Below are positions 16,440-24,263 of a stretch of DNA of 32,000 nt, piece after piece. Each line of letters starts with the position of its first letter. The stretch's first letter is position 1. The notes below the pieces were generated by a model. It saw only the letters and a list, made by a program, of their open reading frames with translations, was not told where the DNA came from and made no database searches. This DNA comes from Nitrosospira multiformis ATCC 25196. Lineage in GTDB: Bacteria; Pseudomonadota; Gammaproteobacteria; Burkholderiales; Nitrosomonadaceae. The stretch is taken from assembly GCF_000196355.1 (NCBI RefSeq), contig NC_007614.1, forward strand, positions 150,001 to 182,000. The letters are read 5' to 3'. The translations under genes were made by a program, and so were the position numbers.

Positions 16440-16659
16440 GATTCTTTCCCTCTTGATAGCAATAAAAATAAAAGAAGCTGTTTGTTTCAAATTATATAAA
16501 GCAATCTCTATGCCAGCTTTTATATTATTTTATTTTACCAGTAATATCAATTATTTATAAGTTATCGACTCTCTTGCGTCCAGATTGGAATCCCGTGGCG
16601 TAAAAAATATCGACGCCGCTCCTGCTTTACAGACCAAGTCTGCCTGCAGACAGGATGAA

Positions 16660-16990
16660 GATGAGACACTCTGATCATCCCCTTGGCAAATGGCAACACT
16701 GAGGAAGGCTGGCAGGTATCGATGCGCCCGAGCGCAAGCAGGGAGGTGGGCAAGGCCATTTCTTCGGAGGCTGTCGATACTGTCATCTTCTACAGCCTGA
16801 GATCGGGGTTCCGTGCAAATTGAAGGTGGCCTCAGCGCATGTGCGGAAGCGGGATTCAACGCGAAACCTAATCGGTTTAGGAATTTTGTACAAAAGTTGC
16901 AGGAGAGCCGTCCAATTTTTGCAGCGGTAAATGCCGCGGAATCCACGACACCGCCGGCAGGGTAAATGTGTGGCGCTCCAGGTCGGAGCT
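16660..16990 (+). pseudogene. Decayed thermonuclease paralogue
   Basis: One frame reads GRLAGIDAPERKQ (16715-16741 encodes GIDAPERKQ) directly after an in-frame TGA at 16700-16702. The preceding DTLIIPLANGNTEE lies in another frame. Downstream SNase-like pieces (NLIGLGILY; RGIHD...VNVWR) are scattered over further frames. Compare the intact copy at 14269-14859. Confidence 0.45.
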
Positions 16991-17296
16991 GATCTTCCTT
17001 ACCAGATTATGAGGCGGTAGTTTGCCTGCCATTTCTTGCTGGATTGTCGCGAAACGTTTTAGACGTCCAGAGGGAGACTCTAAAGGCGGCTGCTGCGGGA
17101 GGTGTATCTGGAGCCCGCCGTTCTTGCACCTGCTCAATTTGAATCAGTCTTCCACTCCGTTAGAGCATATAGGTTAACCGCTTCGACTCACACTTCAGGA
17201 GCGGACTTACTATTTTGCTGCACTGGCGGCAGACTGCTAAGCATGAAATTGATCGGGTTTGTTTCCCCACTCCTATTATCATCCCTTGCCTTGATT

Positions 17297-17752
17297 TCAA
17301 TGGCCTCGGCCTACGTGTTGCCTCAAGCAATCAATTATCCGTTGTTTGTTATTGGCATTCGCCACGCGGACTGCAAGCATCAGGCCAGCCTGCTCATGTG
17401 GTATTTTGTTCGCACTTTCGCCCTCGCCGCCTAAACCACCTGCTGTACCTGCAAGTGAACCTGTATAACTCCCTGCGGCAGCCGCTACTGCCCCGGCGGG
17501 TTCCCCAGTCACCGGGCTGGTAATACTTGCCGCAATGCCTCTGGAGGCTGCACGGGTTGCCATTCCTTTTGCCGCCCCTTTTGCGCCACCCTGGTCGTTG
17601 GTTCTAACCGCATCACGATCCGAATCGAGAGCACCTGGCTGATTGTTAGATAAAATGAAAATATCATTCTTGTTTACAGAATCAGCCAGTGACGCTGCCG
17701 CTGCCCTGGCCTCATCGCCTGTTTCAAATCTTACTGTGATAATGTCTTCCAT
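17297..17752 (-). CDS. Hypothetical protein with a Gly/Ala-rich central linker
   Basis: ATG 17752 is preceded by caggagag. The protein begins MEDIITVRFETGDEARAAAASLADS, has a G/A-rich middle and ends with ...GLMLAVRVANANNKQRIIDCLRQHVG. No family assigned with confidence. Confidence 0.5.
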   Translation of the reverse strand: MEDIITVRFETGDEARAAAASLADSVNKNDIFILSNNQPGALDSDRDAVRTNDQGGAKGAAKGMATRAASRGIAASITSPVTGEPAGAVAAAAGSYTGSLAGTAGGLGGEGESANKIPHEQAGLMLAVRVANANNKQRIIDCLRQHVGRGH

Positions 17753-18966
17753 AAATCTCTCCTGAAAATGATGGATTGATGATTTCCAGTCTTCATCGAG
17801 TACTTCATTCACACATCATTCAATTCGCCAACGCCACATCGAACTACGGCTTTTCTGCCCCCAGTCTTGTCGATCAACTGATAGCGCGGATTACAGAAGT
17901 TATTTTAAGAACGTCGGTTATCCCCATCTGTTCGGTAACTCACCGCGGAGAGAATATATTTTCCTGACCCGATCAGGCCAAGGCAGAATCTTTAGGACAC
18001 CTAATAATCCTTAAATTAAGATCCGGCCTTAGTGGAGAACTGGGCCGGTCTGGAGAAGTATCGAAGATCCGCAAGACCATCAGATGACGGGGACACTGAA
18101 TGTCGAGAGTTCCCCCGGAGGCCGTGATCACCCAAGCGGATGTCCCACGGCCTGACGCGCTGTAATGGGAGGCTGCTTTGGCACGTTCTGTTTTACTCTT
18201 GGAGCAATTGCCGGTTCGATCCGCAAGATCGATTGCAACTGCCGGAGCCCCGGAATCTGCTTCAACCCGGCCGCACTCAACTATGGGGCACTTTACCCCC
18301 GGCGAGAGCTGCAGAGCAGGCTTCCTCATTGCCGATGCCTTCTCGTGCGGCTGGTTACGAGGTGATGGTGCCGTTGAAGAGGAACCAGTCTTTTAGGCTC
18401 TTTGCTTAGGGAAGTACTTAACAAATCGCTGGAAAATTGGCTCCGAAGCTACGAGTGTTTAGGGAACCGTAAAAGCATAGGGGGTGCGGACGAAGCTCTG
18501 AGGACGTCGCAGACAGCTTTAAGTATGTTTTCCAATATTTCCTCTCGCTCAAACCCGATTCAGCAGGTTTTTGTTTCTTGACCCCCCGTAGACTTCAATC
18601 CCGATAATGCCCGCTAATGGTTCCCAGGTGACAAGCACAGTCCTGCGATAGATCAAGGAATTTCCAGCCTTTTCGCCATATCATCTGTTATCGCGCCCTC
18701 TACCTGCTCTATTCACAGATTCTCTCCCAGATTGGCTTGGACTTATCCCTCGCTCTTCTAAACATCCTGAGGGTTTGCTGACTCGCCTTACTCATAGGGA
18801 ACGCATCTTCCTGAAATTCGTTCGTGCGATCCGCTTTTCATGGTTTTTTATGGTAAAAGGCAAAATATAGACTGCAAAACAAAAGAAATTTGTGTAACTG
18901 TACGCCTCCCGATTCAAAGGGCTTATTGAACAATAGGGTGGGCAGATTCTGAGGAGTATGTAATTA

Positions 18967-19290
18967 ATGATGAGACGGGCATTTATTCCTGCTGTTATTG
19001 CTGTATTCATTACTGGTATTGTCATATTGGGGTTTGCCGCCGCCCTCTATCACAGCCTTTTTTTCTATAAAGCAGATGGAGTTATGTCACGCGAAACCGC
19101 AAAACGCTTGGGGCTTCTGAGGGATGACCCCGCTTCATTCCCTGCCGAACTGGCGTTCAGGAAGAGCGAAACCGGTGGGTACTTTTATAGAAAAGGAGGA
19201 GGAACTGCCTTCATTGATGAAACAAGCTATACCACTATCGATCTGATTGCTGGATGCGAACGTCTGGGTGGTTGCCAATTGCGGAAGTGA
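18967..19290 (+). CDS. Small membrane-anchored hypothetical protein
   Basis: gaggag lies 10 nt upstream of ATGATG. One TM segment (FIPAVIAVFITGIVILGFAAALY). 107 aa, no recognised family. Confidence 0.4.
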   Translation: MMRRAFIPAVIAVFITGIVILGFAAALYHSLFFYKADGVMSRETAKRLGLLRDDPASFPAELAFRKSETGGYFYRKGGGTAFIDETSYTTIDLIAGCERLGGCQLRK

Positions 19291-19303
19291 AAAATTTGCT
19301 GTG

Positions 19304-19415
19304 AGAATAGATTTGTTATTAATCCTCACAGGGGGATTCTATATTGCTTCGATAAAGGAAACGCCAGGAAAGGGAAATGAAGGAAGGGAAGGACGAGAAA
19401 GAGAAAAGCGAAATT
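19304..19415 (-). repeat. Copy A of a ~110-bp direct repeat (response-regulator leader plus first 9 codons)
   Basis: agaatagatttgttattaatcctcacagggggattctatattgcttcgataaaggaaacgccaggaaaggg...gagaaagagaaaagcgaaatt aligns with 21220-21327. By eye it is roughly 90% identical apart from a 6-bp indel. Read on the minus strand it begins GTG AGG ATT AAT AAC AAA TCT ATT (MRINNKSI) and then diverges. Confidence 0.85.
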
Positions 19416-19505
19416 TTGGCTTTGTCCATGAACGAACAACGGATTCTCCTTAGGACAGACGCAAGCACCCTGATTTCAACAAAGGCATTTTCAACCCAGT
19501 TTGGA

Positions 19506-20374
19506 TCATATGGAGGTAGTTCGACCTTGAGGAGTGGCCATCCGGTTCCGCTTGCAACGGTGCCTAATATAATGACAGATACTTTCAATCATCGCTTTGC
19601 TGTAGGGCACAAATGAGGCCACTTGTTCCGTAGGCTCGGCCAGGTCGTCTCGTGCGGTACCCAGGTAGGCTGCCAGCGCTACCATCAGGACCGCTCGATG
19701 CTCATGTGGTAGGCGCTCAAGCAGCCATGAGGCGGCTGCGTCCTTGCGTGCGATTTCACCCGTGGATACGCTAAACCAGATGCGTGCAAGAGCAAGCACA
19801 ACATTCCGTTCGTCACCTTGCCAGTCAGATTCTTCGTTCCACTGGGCAGCAGTGTCGGAAAGCGCCTTCACAAAGCTTTCCTTCGGGACTGGATCGAACA
19901 GCTCTGATGCAGGCATTCCTACCAGGCAGACACTGCGTTGTTTCACCGTGGTTAGCAGAATCGCAAGGTCGTGGTCTGGGACGGCAGACTGGATAATTCC
20001 GGTCTCCAGTCGTTCGCGAAGCCATTCACCAACTGGAGCTCACGCTTCGGCGGATATCGCCAGGGAACTACCTCTTCCCGGACGATAACCGTCACTTCGA
20101 GTGCACGATAAGTTTCACTGGTTCCAGGCCAAGCTCATATCCCAGCTTGAGTTTTCGTTACTGTTCAAGATTTCGGCACTTTGCCTCGACTGGATAGACC
20201 GATCAGGTCAGATGCAACTGGAGTGAGCCCGCGAAACGGAAAAAATCCTACGTTAAGGCACATGATGTTTCCAACTTGTAGTAGCCAAGAGTGCATCTGC
20301 AAGGCATGAGGTACGGGAAGGAGTGCTATCGAGCCGTTGCTGACATCGGGAAACTTGAGCGGCAAAGGTTTCAC
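19506..20374 (-). pseudogene. Aminoglycoside (3'')-nucleotidyltransferase-like gene (AadA/ANT(3'') fold with DUF4111-type C-domain), inactivated
   Basis: Co-linear by eye with AadA. GLTPVASDLIGLSS ... SETYRALEVTVIVREEVVPWRYPPKRELQ is in one frame with two in-frame TGA codons (20165-20167 and 20135-20137). A 1-nt frameshift follows near 20030 (cag tt- ggt gaa tgg). Then GEWLRERLETGIIQSAVPDHDLAILLTTVKQRSVCLVG...GDERNVVLALARIWFSVSTGEIARKDAAASWLLERLP. Confidence 0.65.
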
Positions 20375-20517
20375 TCAGCCCTTATTGTGGAAGCAGCAGC
20401 CGTACAAGAACCTGCAACTACATGCAAACCGATCTGTGGAACGAGGAACTGGAACAGTCCCGTGAACTTCTAAAGAATTTTCTGAAAACCCTGCCGGAAG
20501 CAGATCAACAGATTACT

Positions 20518-20769
20518 CTAATTCGTGTGTTTCTCAGGAGAATCGAATCGTTGGCTACGGGCTCTATCTATAAGATTTTTAGCCGCTGCATCCAATACCT
20601 TGGAACAAGTCGGGCCGTTTTCTTTCCCGATGCAATATTTGTTGATGAAATCAGTTTGGCTCATCTTTTCGCCGTCGACTACGATATTGCTTGGATCGTC
20701 AACGTAGGGTACTTCCCGCTCGCAGGCCAACACAAATATCCCTGGCAAAAGCCAGATTGGTCTGATCAT
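20518..20769 (-). CDS. Small exported protein (possible lipoprotein)
   Basis: A strong gaggag lies 6 nt before ATG 20769. The N-terminus MIRPIWLLPGIFVLAC has a lipobox-like VLAC. 83 aa with two further Cys. Preferred over the overlapping plus-strand ORF 20422-20775, which has no Shine-Dalgarno sequence. Confidence 0.5.
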   Translation of the reverse strand: MIRPIWLLPGIFVLACEREVPYVDDPSNIVVDGEKMSQTDFINKYCIGKENGPTCSKVLDAAAKNLIDRARSQRFDSPEKHTN

Positions 20770-20831
20770 TTGTAGCTCCTCAGGATTGCGGTACTCTGCT
20801 TCGTATTGATCTTAATGAATCCTGCCTCCGA

Positions 20832-21245
20832 TTACGGCATCTGGCTGATAGTCCAATACGTATCGATTGATCGTATGACCTTCACGAATTGCGTGTAGTC
20901 GACGGGCTTCCCCATATATCCTGCAGCGCCGAAATTGAAGCCGTTTAGCTTGTCCTGTTGGTCATCGGAAGTGGTCAGCACCACCACGGGAATACGTCTG
21001 AGCCTCCCGTCTTTCTTCACTGCCTGCAGGAATTCGAGGCCATTTATGATAGGCATGCTCAAGTCCAGCAAGATGAGACAAGGCTTCTCACTATCCTCAT
21101 CCCGTAGATAATTTAGCGCATCTTCCCCGTTTTCCCGGTGCACAACCTGATTTGTAACCCCAATTTCCTTGAGGGCGCGGGTAACCTTCATCATGTCCAC
21201 CTGGTCGTCCTCAACGAGAAGAATAGGTTTGTTAGTGATCCTCAC
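20832..21245 (-). CDS. Single-domain (CheY-like) response regulator receiver protein
   Basis: 137 aa. ILLVEDDQVD (acidic pocket), LILLDLSMP (phospho-acceptor Asp), VVVLTTS (conserved T) and GYMGKP (conserved K). GTG start at 21245. No output domain and no adjacent kinase. Confidence 0.9.
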   Translation of the reverse strand: MRITNKPILLVEDDQVDMMKVTRALKEIGVTNQVVHRENGEDALNYLRDEDSEKPCLILLDLSMPIINGLEFLQAVKKDGRLRRIPVVVLTTSDDQQDKLNGFNFGAAGYMGKPVDYTQFVKVIRSIDTYWTISQMP

Positions 21246-21327
21246 AGGGGATTTCCTATATTGCTTCGATAAGGGAAACGCCAGGAAAGGGGCATGAAGA
21301 AGGATGAGAAAGAGAAAAGCGGAAATT
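21220..21327 (-). repeat. Copy B of the ~110-bp direct repeat (authentic 5' end and leader of the response-regulator gene)
   Basis: agaataggtttgttagtgatcctcacaggggatttcctatattgcttcgataagggaaacgccaggaaagggg...gagaaagagaaaagcggaaatt. See copy A at 19304-19415. Confidence 0.85.
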
Positions 21328-21711
21328 GCGACTCCGTCTCCTTTAACTGGACTAATTGCTAGGCATGTTTATGATACCTGCAATTGCCTCAACTGGCACC
21401 TGTAATAAGACCAGGTTGGAAAGATATGCGTGGAAACCGGGATCGAATGCTCTCGCCCGATCCTCGGCGGACAGGTAAACGTTCCGGTTCTTGGTCGCCA
21501 GCTGGATATCTTCAGTATCCCTTGATAGACCCTCGTTTACGAAAATGCCCTCATGAGTGGTTTACCACTGCCTTAAGGTCGAGTCAGGCTTGAACACTGC
21601 ATTTTTGCCGCCTTGATCATCGCATTCTCTCCCGTTTTGGGATTGTGTGGCGTTGAGTTGCACTCTCAACTTTGCCCAAGGCAAGCCCTCCGGACGCTCC
21701 AATCGGTATGC

Positions 21712-22614
21712 CTACATTCTGTTGAGATCGGAAAGACTGTGAGCCACCCGCTCCACAGCCTGCTTTCCCTCCTCGATGGCTTCCCTCGCTCGATGAAAAT
21801 CGAGCAGGCCAAGGTGGGCCAGTCGGGGCGCTATTATGAGGTCGGGAGGTTCGCCCGCCATGCGGCTGCGGTTAATCCGTACCTGCATAATATTGATACT
21901 GGAAGCCAGCACGTCCAGCATGGATGGCATCTTGGGTATTTCGGCCGAATGCGCAGGGAGGAGCGCTCCAAGACTCTCCTGTAGCTTGCGTATCCAATCC
22001 ATAACATCGCCAGCTGATGCGTCGGGAGGAGGCTCGGCGCGCAGATGGCGCCCCAACATATCAAAGCTCAGATCAACTGCGATCACCACATCGGCGCCCA
22101 TTGCCCGAGCCAGCGATACCGGGACTGGATTGACAAGTCCGCCATCCACCAAAACCGAACCTTCGCACAGCACAGGGGAGAACAGCCCAGGCAGGGCGAT
22201 GGACGCACGCACTGCCTCAAGGGTCGATCCTTCGCGCAGCCAGACCTCGGCGCCGGTATGCAGCGATGTGGCTACCGCGGCGAAGGGTAGGGCCAGGTCC
22301 TGAACAGGTCGATCGGGGAATTTATCTCGAAAGAAGCTCATTAGCCGCTCGCCCTTGAGGAGCCCACTGCCCAGGCTTATATCGATATATGCAATGACCT
22401 CCCGAACGCCCAATCCAAGTACCCACTGCTCGAAGCGATCCAGTTCCCCTGCTGCGTAGACGGCGCCTACCAGCGAACCGATAGATGTTCCGCAAACGAG
22501 ATCTGGCCGAACACCCGCTTGCTCAAGGGCACGGATTACACCGATATGCGCCCAGCCGCGGGCGGAGCCACTGCCCAGCACAAGTCCGACCCGGGGCGCG
22601 CGAATCCCGCTCAT
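21712..22614 (-). CDS. Patatin-like phospholipase (RssA-like)
   Basis: Oxyanion GLVLGSGSARG, nucleophile elbow GTSIG, and catalytic Asp in VLVDGGLVNPVP. ATG 22614 is preceded by ggag 8 nt upstream; the track start at 22653 is a GTG. Confidence 0.85.
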   Translation of the reverse strand: MSGIRAPRVGLVLGSGSARGWAHIGVIRALEQAGVRPDLVCGTSIGSLVGAVYAAGELDRFEQWVLGLGVREVIAYIDISLGSGLLKGERLMSFFRDKFPDRPVQDLALPFAAVATSLHTGAEVWLREGSTLEAVRASIALPGLFSPVLCEGSVLVDGGLVNPVPVSLARAMGADVVIAVDLSFDMLGRHLRAEPPPDASAGDVMDWIRKLQESLGALLPAHSAEIPKMPSMLDVLASSINIMQVRINRSRMAGEPPDLIIAPRLAHLGLLDFHRAREAIEEGKQAVERVAHSLSDLNRM

Positions 22615-22995
22615 ACGCAATCTCCATGCGGAGGGTGAAGGTGCTGCCGGCACGACTCGATGGTTCCGCAGCGTACCTCAATGTTTTCCCTGTCTATGAA
22701 ATTCAACATCTGCTATTTCTCAAGCTGATGTGCGAAAAATCCTTCTTCCTTCGGCCCTCCCCAAAAATAACGGAAAGGGTCATAGGCCTGAAAGGGACTG
22801 TGGGGTTGATCGGGTTGGATTTCATTTTTATATCCTTTATTGAGAATGAGACTCATAATCTTCTAAAAGAATAAGCACATGCAATAGCATTCTTTAATAG
22901 GCGGGGGATTAAGAAGACCATCCTTGAGATACCTGATTGCATATTCACGAAAAAACTCTTTGCTAATTCCTCTTGTTTTTCTCCAGGCTTGCAAA

Positions 22996-23014
22996 TATAA
23001 TAAGAATCATTATC
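22996..23014. promoter_or_regulatory. Fur-box-like 19-mer
   Basis: tataataagaatcattatc matches the classical Fur consensus GATAATGATAATCATTATC at 16 of 19 positions (hand count). It lies in the AT-rich spacer upstream of the patatin transcription unit. Confidence 0.3.
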
Positions 23015-23123
23015 ATTTATCCTCAAAGAAGATAGGTTATCCGTTACCGCTGGTTACTCCTTTTTCCAGCGGTCTTTTAGCCAGCCAGCCCCGCCCGCGG
23101 CAAGCCAGCCATATTTTTATTCA

Positions 23124-23152
23124 GAAACCCGCCCCTTATTCGGGCGGGTTTC
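23124..23152. terminator. Stem-loop downstream of the LuxR-type gene (terminator candidate)
   Basis: gaaacccgccc-cttattc-gggcgggtttc forms an 11-bp perfect stem with a 7-nt loop. The U-tract is poor on the minus strand and partial on the plus strand (catattgttt). Confidence 0.4.
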
Positions 23153-23233
23153 ATATTGTTTAATTAAAAGATATTCCTGAGATCGATCTTCATCGCGCAG
23201 CTGTCATTTTTTCTCAATTAATGAGCCCTGAAT

Positions 23234-23874
23234 CTAAAGCTCACCCGCTAACGGAGGATTATTGGTTTGCGGGAAAAGTGTGTCTGGAGCTCCATTGATG
23301 TGCTGTTCAGAACGCATACCCCAAGTTTGGGCGACTTTGGAAGCAGCCTGAGTCCGGTTATAAACACCTAATTTCTGGAAGATATGGTACAGGTGATTCC
23401 TTACTGTGAATTCACTGATGGACAGAATGCTGCCTATTTCGGCATTGGTTTTTCCCTTTCCTACCCAGTCCATTATTTCGCTTTCGCGTTCACTTAGCCC
23501 ATGACCCTTGCCACCGAGTGAATCAGCCGGCGAGCAGAAAGATGAGGAAAGGGCGCGATCCGACGTAGTCTCGTCCAGTGGCGGTAGAGCTTCTGGACCC
23601 GAGACGAGAGCTCCGTCGTTTCGAAATATGCGGTTCTGGCACTCGGCAGAGAGGAAACAATATCGTGCTGAATGAAATTCGAGGCAAAATTTCCCCAGGC
23701 GACGATCAAGATTTCATGAGGCAGATGATGCTGTATTTCGCCCTGAAGCCATCTCAATAAATCAAGATGGCGGCGCACCCCTAATCCTTCTTGAATAACT
23801 CGAAAATAAGAGTGTAGGCGATCCATTGGAATGGATACGCCATGATCAATTTCTCCGGCACTTAATATCTGCAT
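23234..23874 (-). pseudogene. LuxR-family (EpsA-like by context) transcriptional regulator, split into two ORFs by an apparent frameshift
   Basis: The C-terminal ORF (23234-23473) carries the HTH GKTNAEIGSILSISEFTVRNHLYHIFQKLGVYNRTQA. The first HTH helix (LSERESEIMDWV) lies upstream of its Met, in a frame open back to about 23715. The 126-aa N-terminal ORF (23494-23874) ends in a different frame at 23494. It could also be a sequencing error. Confidence 0.55.
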
Positions 23875-24034
23875 AAATCTGGTTTTCTACCCGGGTGAGA
23901 AGTTTTCAAGTGAAAGCTCGGGAAGAGGAAAGCAAGGTTAGGCAGTCTACTCAACCCCATACTCAAGTAAATATTCTTGTTCAATAAGACGAACAAGAAA
24001 TTCTTTCAAATAAAAATAATTCTCAATACATTAA

Positions 24035-24053
24035 AAAAATAAGAATCATAATC
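24035..24053. promoter_or_regulatory. Second, weaker Fur-box-like 19-mer
   Basis: aaaaataagaatcataatc matches the Fur consensus at 14 of 19 positions. It shares the core ataagaatcat(t/a)atc with 22996-23014. It lies in the divergent regulator / PEP-CTERM intergenic region. Confidence 0.2.
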
Positions 24054-24120
24054 GTTACCATTAATGAGGAAGTGAAATGCATTTCCTCCTCGGGTAAGTG
24101 GCTGCCCATTTGCTCCAGAA

Positions 24121-24141
24121 AGTCCTGGAAATTCCAGGACT
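24121..24141. promoter_or_regulatory. Perfect 21-bp palindrome, candidate operator
   Basis: agtcctggaa-a-ttccaggact has 10-bp perfect arms. It lies 123 nt upstream of the PEP-CTERM gene ATG (24264) and about 250 nt from the divergent regulator start. Confidence 0.3.
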
Positions 24142-24263
24142 GAAAGAAGAATTTAATAGCTCAAGAGGGAGGGAGGTGATATCTGCGAATCGAGTTGGAT
24201 CAAAGAATGCCGCAATAAAAATAGATGAACTTCAAAAATTAATAACCTGATTGGAGATAACAA

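Noticed and set aside
17102-17523. Plus-strand ORFs 17102-17434 and 17215-17523
   Set aside because: They overlap the minus-strand CDS 17297-17752, which has a good Shine-Dalgarno sequence. They have no supporting signals.
20422-20775. 117-aa plus-strand ORF
   Set aside because: It overlaps almost completely the minus-strand 83-aa ORF. That ORF has a strong gaggag Shine-Dalgarno sequence, a signal/lipobox-like N-terminus and co-orientation with the upstream response regulator.
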